In this document: positions 40,493 to 52,785 of the stretch, in pieces
How the letters are laid out: each line of letters starts with the position of its first letter
Numbering within the stretch: the first letter of the stretch is position 1
NCBI GenBank assembly: GCA_009914755.4
Contig: CP068257.2
Span: forward strand, 37,952,001 to 38,016,000
Length of the DNA stretch: 64,000 bases
Reading direction: 5' to 3'
Source: the human T2T-CHM13v2.0 reference genome, Homo sapiens
Position numbers and translations under genes: made by a program
The notes under the pieces: model-generated
Told to the model about the DNA's origin: nothing
What the model saw: the letters and a program-made list of their open reading frames with translations, nothing else
The model's database searches: none

Positions 40493-43400
40493 TTACCAAA
40501 AAGAAAGCACAGAGTGCCACAGGAGTCCTCCAGCATTTGGCTGCACCATCTTTCTATAAGCTTTACAACAACGCTGTTATCATGCCCACTGTGTAGATGG
40601 GGAAACTGAGGGGTGGAGCTTACTTACGGAGTAAGAGTTTGCAAAGCCAAGTTGACCAAACTCTACATGTTCTTACCACTCCATCTCCTTCCTGGCTTGG
40701 AACTTCCATGCTGAAGGTTCCAGATGGACCTTTATTTTAGAGACCTTAGAACTGGCTTAGGTTTACATGCTCCAGAGCTCACTAGAAATGTCAGGGAAGG
40801 CACAGCCATGGGGAAGGGGGTGCACTGTGCCAAGAATTTTGCTTAAGAAGCCAGCTCAACAGTGAAAGGTGATGATCATTTTCAAGTGTTCTTGGTTTTT
40901 CATGTGTCATAAAATTGCACTATTCAGGAATAATCCCAAAATCAAATTAAAAACTTCTATGAAAATATGAAATGGAAAGCTTACTGATGCATGCTTATAA
41001 ACTGGTTACTGTACTTTCTCTGTGGCCTCAGGGCTGGAGGGCTGTGTTTTTTCAGAGGTGACCAGGGACCATCCAAACACAGCCTCCTTCCGCACTTCTC
41101 TTAACCAGCGTAGACTCTTCTGGTCCCATTCAGAGAGTGAATTCCTTCATTATCTGGGAAGGCGTGGTCCCACCTACTTATAGCAATGAGGGGCCACCTT
41201 CATCCTAACCCATAGGGTGCAACTGGCCACAGCCTTGCCTATCCGTATAATGCACAATTGTCATGTTATAACCACGTGGGCCACCCTGGCTTGGGCCATG
41301 TTTCCTCAGCCCCCTGGGAGGGGTGGTGGTCATAATCATGTTCTGCAATCCCAATGAAGGCTCCCCCCCAGTTGGGGAAAAGTCAGCCTGTTTGTTGGGG
41401 CAAGAATAGCCCACATGGGCAGGATATCCCCTCAATGAGGCAGTGGTGCGGCTCCCAGGGGCCCCAGGACAGTAGCCACACTGCCGGCACACACCTCAGA
41501 CTCCAGGCAGCAGCTGCTACCTCCAGGGTTCAGCTCCCAGTTCCCCGGCCCACTCTGTTCTCTCACCCTTCACTTTGCTCCAAGAGAAAGCTTTGTTTCA
41601 TGCCTCAGAAAACTGCTGTGGGCCTGGAAAGCCTTCCAGGCAGAGGCATTCTAATTAGTATTGTGACTTCTCTGGGAAAATCATTTTCCAGGCCTCAAAG
41701 AACCTCTGATGATTCTCTAACTTTTCATGAGGGTCCCTGGGACATCTCAGCCATGAAGCTCGTTCCACTTAGGTTTTTGAATCAGAAATGCAGGAATTTT
41801 CCGCTGGTAGTGGCTGGAGCTTCCTTGAGATGAGTGAAGAGCAAGTGAACTCTCCCGCCTCCCACCATCACCAGCCTGGATCAGGAGGGGAGAAGGAACT
41901 TGCTTGCACATTTTGCAACCAAACCCCATGGTAGAAAAGGGCCCTCGTAGTGGGTCTTAAGATAGATGAAAGGAAAAAAAAAAAAGAGTCCTCGCTTGCT
42001 CCATTTCCCCAGCCACTGCCCATGGATGCCACCGGTTGATCCCTCCACTTACCTATTTAAGTATTGCTCCAGCATTCCCTGTGTGCCAGGCGGAGGTCTC
42101 TGCTGGGGTGCAGTGGTGCACCCTGAAGTCCCGTTCTGGCAGGGGAGACAGAGCATGGACAAATGAGCAGGTGGACCCCGAAATGTCAGGTAGCAATGCT
42201 GAGCCAGAAGGATCAACAGCAGGGGACTGAGGTGTGTGTGGGGGGTGTGTGTGCTAAACAGGGCATCAGGGAAGGGGAAGTAGTCTCTGAGCAGAGATCT
42301 GGTGAAGTCCAGGAGAGTCCCATGAATATCCGTGAGAGGCTTGGTCCAGGCAGAGGGCAGGGAAGGAGCAGGTCCTGAAATGACGTGGGCCTGGCCTGTG
42401 GAAGGAGCACCTGAAGGCTGGCATGGAGGGAGGGACTGGCCGCAGGGAAATTTGACCAGCGGCTCCTTCGTGTGGCGCAGGACTGGCAGCAGGGGACTTT
42501 GACCGGCAGCTCCATCATGGGGCACAATCTTCTAATCTCTGATAAGCGGCCCTTTTCCGTGGAGCTGTCATGGATAAATGTTTTCTGTAGCTATTTGTGG
42601 AGCACTGGGTCCCGTTCCTTTCTACGAGAGCGGCCGTTCCCAATTGGGTGTGACTTTGCTCCCTATGGGATATTTGGCAAGTTTGGAGACGTTGTCACAA
42701 CTTGTGTGTGTGTGCAGGGGTGCGCATCCAGTGGATAGAGGCCAAGGGTCCTGTTAAGCATACCACAGTGCACAGGACAGTCTCACAACAAGGAATTATC
42801 CAACCCACAATTTCAAGTGTGCTGAGGTTAAGAACCCTGAAACCAAACAGGAGTGTCAGCGAGCACAGGGAAGGTTGCACGTTTTGACTGACAGTCACTG
42901 GTACCAGGCTCTGGAGGGCCTTGTGGGGTGATGGAAGGTATATGGGGAAGAGGTGCTCGGCCTCTGCAAATCCTTCTCCCATGGGAGAGAAGTTTGCATG
43001 GCTCACAGGTGAGACCCATCCCCACAGTGACCGGGACAGAGCAGACCACTGCCTGGGCCACTGCCTCGGCCTCTCGTACAGTTTAGCAAAGACCAATTTC
43101 AGAGCCTGAGACCATGAGCTCTGGCCTAGGATGGATGGATGGATGCTTTCACTTTCTTGACAGGTATCTCCAAGACCCAAGGCCATGGCTAGCCCATCTC
43201 ACAGTGGTGCTCACTGGGCTAAGCAATTTGCGCACATTGACTTATGATCTGCCCTCTGCTACAGCCTATTTTCTACATGGTAGTGCTAAGCAGTGAGCAG
43301 GTACGTTCCTGGTGCAGGGTGTTTGCCTTTGCTGTGATCTCATCTGCCTGGAATGCTCCCTCCTCATTTCTGCCCTTTCACCATGGGGGGTCTCAGCTGG

Positions 43401-45119
43401 AACACTGTCCCCATGCAGAGGCCCTTAGCCCTCCAATTCGTTTCCCTTATCCTTGTTTTTATACCACTTACTAGCCTAATTGAAAACAAGCTGCTCAAAT
43501 GAAGAAGTCATTGTAGTATAATTAAATTACTCTGGTCTTGGAAACAAAAAATGGAGGACCCTCCTCCCAAGGACAATTTCAGGGAAGAAGCTTCCAGCTC
43601 CACCACCAGCACCCAAAGCTGAAATTCTACCTGAACGATTCCCTGATTTTTATACTTGGAGCGCAATAAGTGTATTTTAACTGTTTACATTTAACATATA
43701 AATGTAATTTATATGTCGGTATTGACATGTATCCAGGCTTGGCTTCTGTGGCCCCTGCTGAGACTGGCCCCCTGCCCCTCAGAGCAGAGCTCTAAGTCTC
43801 AGTCTCCCAGGGCCCTTTCTCTGGGTCCTGCACCCTCCTCCCCCACCACCTTTATTAAAAAAACACCTGCCCCATGTCATAGCCCCTCAGGTGCCGGCTC
43901 AATTGAGGTGTCCGTAGCTGGACAGAGGTCTGATGTGCTTCTTGGTGCAGGACGTGCTGGGTGGGAAAGGAGGAAAGGGTGGGAAGGGAGTGGGGGGAAC
44001 AGCAACCGGGGACTGGGAGGGAGAGGGCAGGGGGCACCCCGGAAGGCAGGCAGGCTCACCTCCTGTCCCCTCTGGGCTGGTACCCACCCCACTTGATGCT
44101 GCCTGAGGCGGCATCCTGTCTGGCCCTGCTCAGCTGTGAGTGTGCCAGGCCCGTATGGTTACCCCAGGAAACGGGAGCTGCACAAAGCCACGTGCAGAAT
44201 CGCGTGGGAGTTTAATAATCCCGGCTGGTGATTGCTGCCCCACGGCTGCGTTCCTCTCCATCAGACCCCTCATAGGCTTCCCTCCAACCCGACGCTCAAG
44301 CTTCCGAGGCCTGTCCGTTCTCTGAAGCGATTCTACACCTTTTAGGCTCTGGACTCCATGTTCCTAATTTGTTTTTGGAGCGGGGGGTCTCTCCTCACTT
44401 CCCTATTAGCTCACGTCATCTTTGTGCAAGAAGGATCACATGTCAGCCGTGGGGAAGAAAGGGCTGGCACTGCTCTGAAGCTGCTGAAGTTATGACATTA
44501 AGGAAAATAAGCCAGCTTCATTGGGCTTGGGGTAGGCGCCTGAGCATTGGGACTTTTAAGAGTTTCCCAAGAGATTTTACTGCAGCCAGGGTTGAAGATC
44601 ACTGAATTGAATGATATGTTCTCAATCCCTTAAAAAATGTATATTTGTCTACATAAATATATATCTATTTTTCCTGCCAGAGAAAGGTGGGGTCCCACTG
44701 GCTTCAGCTCCTGCGACCCCTCCCCCACCCCCGCACTATGGCTGTGGTACATCAGTATTCATTTACCTGGGGGCCGCCTGTGGCTGTGTGACCCAGGACA
44801 GGCCCTCTGACTTCTCTGTGCCGGAGTCGTCTCATCCGTGAAATGGGAATCGTCAAGGCATCTACTTCACTGGGTCGTCACTGCGCAGTCCCATAGCGCC
44901 CCACGCCTTGCATGACTTTGGCTCATTCCTCATAATCAGGCCTTTTGCTTAGCATCTCTTTTTAAAAACATCTGGTTGTGGTGGTGGTGGGGGGCGGTGT
45001 TCTTTCCGGGGGCATCTGGGGTTTGAGAAGCGAAGGACCCCACAGCCTTCCCTCTCCTGTGAGTGTTTTCAAAGTTAACTTTGGGACGGTTCTCCCGGAG
45101 GGCCAGACAGAAACTCAAA

Positions 45120-45680
45120 GAACCGGCCTCAGGGGATCTGAGCAAATTCCACCGTCGTCAATTCCTGGTGCTCCGTGAAAGATGCTCTTTCCCTCGGGGC
45201 TTCGGAGCCGGAGCATTTGTAGACAGTTCCTGCCTCTTCACTCGGCTGCCGGCCTGGGGGTCCCGTCGCCTCCCGGAGCCGCCCGCCGCGTCCCCCAGCC
45301 CGCGCCGCCCTGCGCGGCCCGCCGGCCTCCTCACCTATCAGATTTCCTGTGCGCATCGCCGCGCGCTCCTCCCACCTCCTAAATGCGGAGCGGAGCGGGG
45401 AGCAAAACCATCCTCGGCCTGGACCCAGCGCCTCCGGGGACCGGCCGCGCGCCCCCTGCGTCCGCGGGCCGGGATGCGGCTCTGAGCCAGCGGCGGCTTC
45501 CAGCCCGACTGGGCCTGCCGGGGCTGCCCCGCGCACGGTAAGGCCCGGGGCTGGGGCGCGGGGCGCGGGGCGCGGGGAGCGCTGGCCGGGAGCGGGGGGC
45601 CGGGTCCTGCGGCGCGCGGGGGCGTGGGTGCCGGGCGCAGGGGACCGCGGCGCGGCCGCGCACTGCAGGCGTGCTCTTCT
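45120..45680. promoter_or_regulatory. CpG island (putative TATA-less promoter and non-coding first exon of an unidentified gene)
   Basis: About 560 bp with very high GC and dense CpG (ccgccgcgtcccccagcccgcgccgccctgcgcggcccgccggcc ... gcgcggggcgcggggcgcgggg). It sits in an otherwise CpG-depleted window, in the only repeat-free GC-rich block. It contains a 5' splice donor acg|gtaagg at 45537/45538 on the plus strand. The only ATG before it (45473) hits a stop after 2 codons, so the exon would be 5'UTR. Confidence 0.6.
45547..45577 (+). other. Canonical G-quadruplex motif (five GGGG runs, loops of 2-3 nt) 10 nt downstream of the candidate splice donor
   Basis: gggg ct gggg cgc gggg cgc gggg cgc gggg. 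This is three tandem gcgcgggg units. Confidence 0.8.
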
Positions 45681-46136
45681 GTTTTCTCCTTCGTTCCTTT
45701 TAAATGAAGGGAAAGAAAATTGTTACAGACCAAATGTCATCAAACTTGGTGTGAAAACATACTCATTTATAAAGTCTTATCGCTACTCACGCCACGCCCC
45801 GAGGAAGTTGTGTTCCTGGGTGGGCACGGTGCGGACACAAGACTTAGGGAATCAGCACTGGATGGAAACATCGCACAATTAAAAAGAATGGCCTAATCTT
45901 AAGCAACAACAACAAAACAAACTCTGAAGCACCCTGCGGCAGGCAGCTTCTGCATCGTGGGGGTTGTGGAAGGGGCTGATGGGCAGGATCATGAGAAAGA
46001 CAGCTTTTCATTAAGAGATGACACCAGGGGTTTTGACTTTGGGAGGACCAGAAGGGAGTCTGTAGGTCATTGCTAAATACAGTGAGGTACCTTAAGACTC
46101 AGTAATGAACATTATTTTAAAAACAATATCTGTACC

Positions 46137-46210
46137 GTGTGTGTGTGTGTGAGTGCGTGTGTGTGTGCGCGCGTATGTGTGCGCATGTGCACGTGTGTTC
46201 TCACACACAC
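46137..46210. repeat. Imperfect (TG)n/(CG) alternating purine-pyrimidine tract
   Basis: gtgtgtgtgtgtgtgagtgcgtgtgtgtgtgcgcgcgtatgtgtgcgcatgtgcacgtgtg, about 500 bp downstream of the CpG island. Confidence 0.9.
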
Positions 46211-48054
46211 CGCACCATAATTTTCCTTCGTGGTTTTGTTTCGTTTTTTGTTTAGGTTTCTGACTCTTGAGGGATAAATACAGCTTCCAAATAATAGCAA
46301 CTGAATCTGCAGTAATCAGATGTTGGAAAATTATTTTTCACTGGTCCTTTATGTTAGCATAGCAAACTTAAGTCTTTGTTATATGTGGCCACCTATTGTA
46401 AATATTAACATTACTTCTCATCTCCACATCTTCCTCATTTACTATTTTTGTCTTTTTCAAAGAGATGGAGATGGAGGAGGAGTAGAATTTAATGAAGATA
46501 CAGATCTGGGGAAGTGTCATGTTTCGTTGGGTGCTTGGGGTAGGCAGTGGCTGCTGTTGAGAGTATTTTACAGATGTAGGAAGTCTTCGGAGGGGCATTT
46601 CTAGGTAAATGCATGCTGATTCTGCCCATCTTTACATGTACCTTTTGTGGTGTTTCCTCTTTAAAACAGCTGCGTGTAATATGCAAATTTGGTTTCAAAG
46701 GGAGAATTTTATATCTTTTAAGGAATGATTGCATGTGTATTAAGTCTTGTTTCCTATCTCCTTTCATTTTTTCCTTCTCTTTTAAAGTCAGTTCGTCTTA
46801 AGTAGTTTCTTTGTTAGGTAAATTTAATAATAATAAAAATCTGACGTGTTCAGGAAGGAGCTCAGTGTGAGGCCCATGGACGTTACCTCCTGGAGATGCA
46901 AATCGGAAAGAGATGTTTCACTATGCTGTCACCTCAGAAGATTGACAAGGACAAGGTTGTCTTTGCAAAGGTTCTTCCAGACAAGGGCATCCCTTCTTTT
47001 GTAGGATTTCTAAGTAGGTACTTTGAATAAACAAGGGCCACCTTTAATAGTTGGTTTTATGAGATTCTGCATACCTCACCATGGCCAAACTTCTCCACAC
47101 GGATGGTAACCTTCATCCATGCAGCAGAGGACACGAAGGTGTAGCCCTCCCTCCTCTGTCCCTGGACAGCTACAGATTCAGGCCAGTTCAGACGGGTCCA
47201 AGAAGAGTTTCAGGGTCTCCATCTTGTCCTTCCTGGGCATGGAACTGAGCCCAGTACTGGCATCCCAGGGGATGCCCCCCATGCATGCTTGTCCATTTAA
47301 CTGGGCGTCTGATCAGATTTCTGCTTGGTTTTCTGCCAGGCCTAGAGCCTGATCCTGAATCCTGGTTACAGTGACTTTGAAAAGCTGCCTGGGCTTTATC
47401 AGCCTCTCTCCCCGGGTGACCGGGATACTGATGAGGATGGAGTCCCTCCTTGTACCTGACAGACGTCTGTCTCCCTGACTATAACAGCCTTGTTCCTGGG
47501 TCCCACCCAAGCTTCGTGGCCCTGCATAAACCCAGGTTTGCAGCCTGTGTTCATTGCTCTTCTGTCGACCTTTCTCCTCCTACTGCTTACTTTCCTCTGC
47601 TGCCCCTTCCTGCTCCCAGGTAAGTCCTTGGACTTGGTGAGGGCTCCCGTATTCCTTGTTAATTCCAGTTTCTTCTCTTTTGCCTTGGCCTGAGGATAGG
47701 GTTCCATCAAGCTTTGTGGCTGACCTCTTCCGAGTTTTGACAACACTTCTTTGCCCGTGGAAGGAGGGAGTTAACTGACCCTGTGTCTGAAGATGAAAGG
47801 TGAAGGGGTGGGTAAGATGATTTATAGAGATTTTGAGAACTAACATGGCCTTCAGTTGAAAACCAGAATTAGGAGCTCTGAGTATCGTGCAGGTGCAGTG
47901 AGATTCATTTGAAAAACAAAACAACCGGAATTTTTATATCTAATTTTGAACATCATCCCCACATCCTTAATAGAAGACATCGGAGCCAGAAGTCGTTTGG
48001 GACCAAGTTGGGTAAACAGAGTGGCTGATCATTCATTCACGCATTGAATAAATA

Positions 48055-48310
48055 TTCTTGCAGAGATAAATAGCTCAGGCTCTGCAGCCAGATGACTGGT
48101 TGCAAATCCCAGCTTTGACAGGTACTTGTTATATGACCTTCGGCAAGTTACTTAATTTCCCTATGCCTCAGTTTCGTTAATTGAAATTGAAGAGAATAAT
48201 AGTACTTATTTCATAGGGGTGGTTGTGAGGATTACGTGGTTCTGTATATAATAAAGAACAATAGAACAGTGCCAGGTATATACATGCTACTTAAGTTATA
48301 GCTATTGTTG
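48055..48310 (+). mobile_element. MIR SINE
   Basis: ggctctgcagccagatgactggttgcaaatcccagctttgacaggtacttgttatatgaccttcggcaagttacttaatttccctatgcctcagtttcgttaattgaaattgaagagaataatagtacttatttcataggggtggttgtgaggattacgtggttctgtatataataaagaacaatagaacagtgccaggtatatac matches the MIR consensus along most of its length. Confidence 0.8.
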
Positions 48311-49789
48311 TTATTATGACTTCTTGTTGTGTGCCAAGCACTTTACCATGCTGAGTAATAATTGTTTTGGATCAAGAATGAGGTATGGAAAGAAGGAAAC
48401 AAAACTAGTTGTTTCTTATTGAATTTTAAAAAATAATATGATTTGAAAAGTAATTCCCAAAAAGTTGTGAGAAGAATATTGTGAGCAAGGGCAGAATTAT
48501 TTTTATAAGATGACTAACATCAGGGGAACAATATTTAGTTTGTTATTTAAATTTTGGTCCCTGTCTTTTTTTTTGTTTAAGCTGTAGACACAGGCAGGAG
48601 CATTGCTTGAGTCCAGAAGTTTGAGACCAGCCTGGACAACATAGCAAGACCCCGTCTCTGAAAATGAAAGAGCTCTGATTTTTTATAATTATTGGAAACC
48701 ATTCCTCAGTGTTCCTATTCACGTTTGCAATGCTCTCTCTCTTTTTCTTACTGTTTCTAATTTATTCATTTTTCCATAGAGGTGTTTTGGTGATCACTGT
48801 GCTTCCTAAACTCTGCAAGTTCCCTTTTTAATCTCGTTCCGTCTCCTTGTCATTGCTTGTGGCTCTGTTTTGTTGATTTCCTGTTCTTAGTTTCTTGTAG
48901 CAATAAATCATTTACTGTGAAAACTTTTAATCCACTGCTGGGAGTATATTTTCTTCCAGACTGTGGCTTCTTCACTTGTCTTTTGCACATTTCCTTTTGT
49001 TTCATTTCCTCCTTCCTTTCTGTGGTATTTATGCATATTTGCTCTGCCATTTCTTTATTTGTCAAGCATATTTAACAAGGGCAGGTTCAGCTGAACCTTT
49101 AGATAACAATTTTTTGAATTGTCCTCGATTGCTTCTCTCCTATGTGAACATCGTTTCCTTCCCAGAGCTTCCTTTGGTGTCCTGGAGATACAGTTTATCA
49201 GCTTTTCTGTGGCCTGAGGATATGAAGGAGCAGAAGCAGTGGGAATGATGGATAATCATGATTGGTGGATTTAGTCTCTATTCATTTTGATTAAATTTAT
49301 TAAAATTTATAGTTTTATTAAAAGTTGCTCTCAGGATACACTCAGGTTTTGGATTGCCCCCAAATTCAGGATGTAACTTGGAGGCATTACATTTTTTATT
49401 TTTCAAATTTTGAAGTATTTCAAACATGCAGAAGTGAAATAATAATAGAAAAAGCATGTGTGAGTCCACATCCCAGCTCTATTGTGTCCTAACACTTGGC
49501 CATACTTGCTTAGATGTAGAAGACAATAGGAAAGCATTGTTGAAGCTCCCTCTGTCCCCTCCCTAGTTCTCCCCATCTCCTTTCATCCCTTCTCACTATC
49601 CTGAATTATTACTGTCTTTTCCATGTGTGTTTCCACATCACTTCTATGTATAAATCTGTGATTAATTATGGTATTGACTTCAATATTTCAAGCTCTCTAA
49701 AATGGTTTCGTATGGTCCTACTGAAGCTCTTTTTGATTCATTGTTTTCAATATTTATCCATGTTGAGACATAGCTTGTATTACTCCATT

Positions 49790-50140
49790 TTCACACTGCT
49801 ATAAAGAACTTCCAGAGACTGGGTAATTTATAAAGGAAAGAGGTTTAATTGATTCACAGTTCTGCATGGCTGGGGAGGCCTCAGGAAACTTACAATCATG
49901 GCGGAAGGGGAGGCAGGCATGTCTTACATGGCCTGAGAGAGCAAGTGAGAGAACATGTGAGCGTGTGGGAAAAACTACCATTTATAAAACCATCAGATCT
50001 CATGAGAATTCTCTCACTATCAGGAGAACAACATGGGGGAACTGCCTTTTAATCCAATCACTTCCCTCCCTCGACACTTGAGGATTACAGCCGGAGATGA
50101 GATTTGGGTGGGGACACAGAGTTAAACCATATCACAGCTG
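49790..50140 (-). mobile_element. MaLR LTR, THE1/MST-like
   Basis: ..cacactgctataaagaacttccagagactgggtaatttataaaggaaagaggtttaattgattcacagttctgcatggctggggaggcctcaggaaacttacaatcatggcggaaggggaggcaggcatg ... ttacagccggagatgagatttgggtggggacacagagttaaaccatatca is the reverse complement of the THE1 consensus. Confidence 0.85.
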
Positions 50141-50375
50141 TAGTTCAAGCTTGTCCAACCTGCAGCCCAGGACGGCTTTGAATGTGGCCCCAAACAAATT
50201 CATAAACTTTTTAAAAACTTTGAGATTTTTTTAAAAGCTCATCAGCTATCGTTAGTGTTAGCGTAGTTTATGTGTGGCCCAAGACAATTCTTCTTCTAAT
50301 GTGGCCCAGGGAAGCCAGAAGATCGGATACCTCTGTGGGTGTAGTTCATTCATTTTCATTGCTATGTAAAATGGT

Positions 50376-50640
50376 AGGCTGAGGTGGGAGGATCTCTTGA
50401 GCCCAAGAGTTTGATACCAGCCTGGGCAACATAGCGAATCCTCATCTCTATGAAAAAAATAAATAAATAAAAAATAAAAAATTAGCCAAGCGTGGTGGCA
50501 TGCACCTGTAGTCCTAGATACTTGGGAGGCTGAGATGGGAGGATTGCTTGGGTCCAGGAGTTTGGGGATGCAGTGAGCCATGATCAATCCAATGCACTCT
50601 AGCATGGGCAACAGAGCAAGACCTTGTCTCTTAAAAAAAA
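50376..50640 (+). mobile_element. Alu SINE, 5'-truncated
   Basis: ggctgaggtgggaggatctcttgagcccaagagtttgataccagcctgggcaacatagcgaatcctcatctctatgaaaaaaataaataaataaaaaataaaaaattagccaagcgtggtggcatgcacctgtagtcc ... accttgtctcttaaaaaaaa. Confidence 0.92.
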
Positions 50641-51584
50641 TTATATTGTAGGATTGTACTACAATTGGCTCAGCTATTGTTTTGTTAATGGACGTTTAGA
50701 TGATTTTCATTTTTCATATAAAAATGCTATAATAAACATTCTTATACATATCTCCTTTGCATACATGTTAGAGTGTACTTTAGAGTACATACCTAGAAAA
50801 GATGCATTGGGTGAAAAAGCATCTTTCCTAGATACTGAAGAATGTTTTCCAAGGGATTTGTACCAATTTATGCTCCTACATACTATACCTCTAACTCAGT
50901 TCCTGTTTTTCCACAGCTTCCCCAACCCTTAGAATTATTGGATTTTTAAATTTTTGTTATTGTCATGAGTATGAAGTAGAATCTCAGTGTTTTAAGATGC
51001 ATTTTCCTGATTCTAGTAAAACTAATCATCTGTTTGTATATTATGTATCTCAGCCATTTGGATTTCCTCTTCTGTGAATGGCCTGTTCATGTATTTTGAT
51101 CATTTTTCATTTGGAATGTCTTTTTCTTATAGATTTATAGAAGCTCATTTAGAAATTCTAGATCCTTAATTTTAGTAATATACATTGCAAATATCTACTC
51201 CGTCTGTGTCTTGTATTTTTACATTTTATTGAACAATAGGTTTTCATTTTTAATTTGGTGAAATTTACCACTTTTTTTTAATGGTTTGTGCTTTCTCTTA
51301 AGAAGAAGCTTTTCATCTTATGAAATTCTTCCCCACTCTAAGGCTATAAAGATTGTCTCATATACTGTATTTCTTGCTAAAAGCCTTCAAGTTTTGCTTT
51401 TCACATTTAGGTTTTTAATCCTCCTTGGATTTATTTTTGATATGTTGTGAGTTAGGGATTCAAATTCAATTTTTTCAAATGAATAGTCAGTCCTAGGTTG
51501 TTAATTCAGTACTCCTTTTTCTGGTGATTTGTAATACCATTTGTAATACCATACTTGTGTAGATCTGTTTTGAGGCTATTTATT

Positions 51585-51960
51585 CTATTTTATGGTCTGC
51601 TTGGGCTGCCATAATGAGATACCATAGACTGGATGGCTAAACAACATAAAATTATTTTCTCACGGTTCTGGAGGCTGGAAGTCTGAGATCAAAGGTGCCA
51701 GCCTGATCAGGTTCTGGTGAGGACCCTCTTCAGGGATGCAGATACATCCTAAAGATTCTGTCTGTGTCCTTACATGCAGAAAGAGATTCCTTTCTTCTTA
51801 TGAGGCCACCAACCCTATTGAATTAGGATCCCACCCTATGACCTCATTTAACCTTAATTACTTCCTCAAAGCTTTGTCTCCAAATACAGTCACATTGGGG
51901 TTAGAGCTTTAACACATGAACTTTGGGTGGACACAATTCCGTCCATAGCATTGGTTTATA
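51585..51960 (-). mobile_element. MaLR LTR, MLT1-like
   Basis: ggtctgcttgggctgccataatgagataccatagactggatggctaaacaacataaaattattttctcacggttctggaggctggaagtctgagatcaaaggtgccagcc ... cagtcacattggggttagagctttaacacatgaactttgggtggacacaattccgtccatagc. Confidence 0.8.
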
Positions 51961-52242
51961 AATCACAAGTATCTTATTGATGTAATAAGTTTTTATATAT
52001 ACTAGATCAAGTTAGGTCAAGTTTTCCCATCTTGTTTTGCTTTATAATGTATTTAGCTATTTTTTGCCTTTTAGTCTATGTACGAATCTGAGGTTCAGTT
52101 GTCAAGTTCATTTCCAAAATTTGTAGGTTTATTTTTGAGATCTCTGTTCTGTTTTGTCATGATGTATTTTGTTTGTTTCTGCCCAAACACCACAAGTTTT
52201 AATTGCTGTGACTTTATAATATGTCTTGGTCTGGGAAGGTAA

Positions 52243-52785
<543 letters not shown>

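Noticed and set aside
45326-45341. Minus-strand splice donor (reverse complement of cctcacctatcag) as the primary first-exon boundary
   Set aside because: Not rejected outright, but ranked below the plus-strand acg|gtaagg donor because of the G-run enhancer cluster just downstream of the latter. Strand cannot be settled from sequence. It is kept as an alternative in the CpG-island finding.
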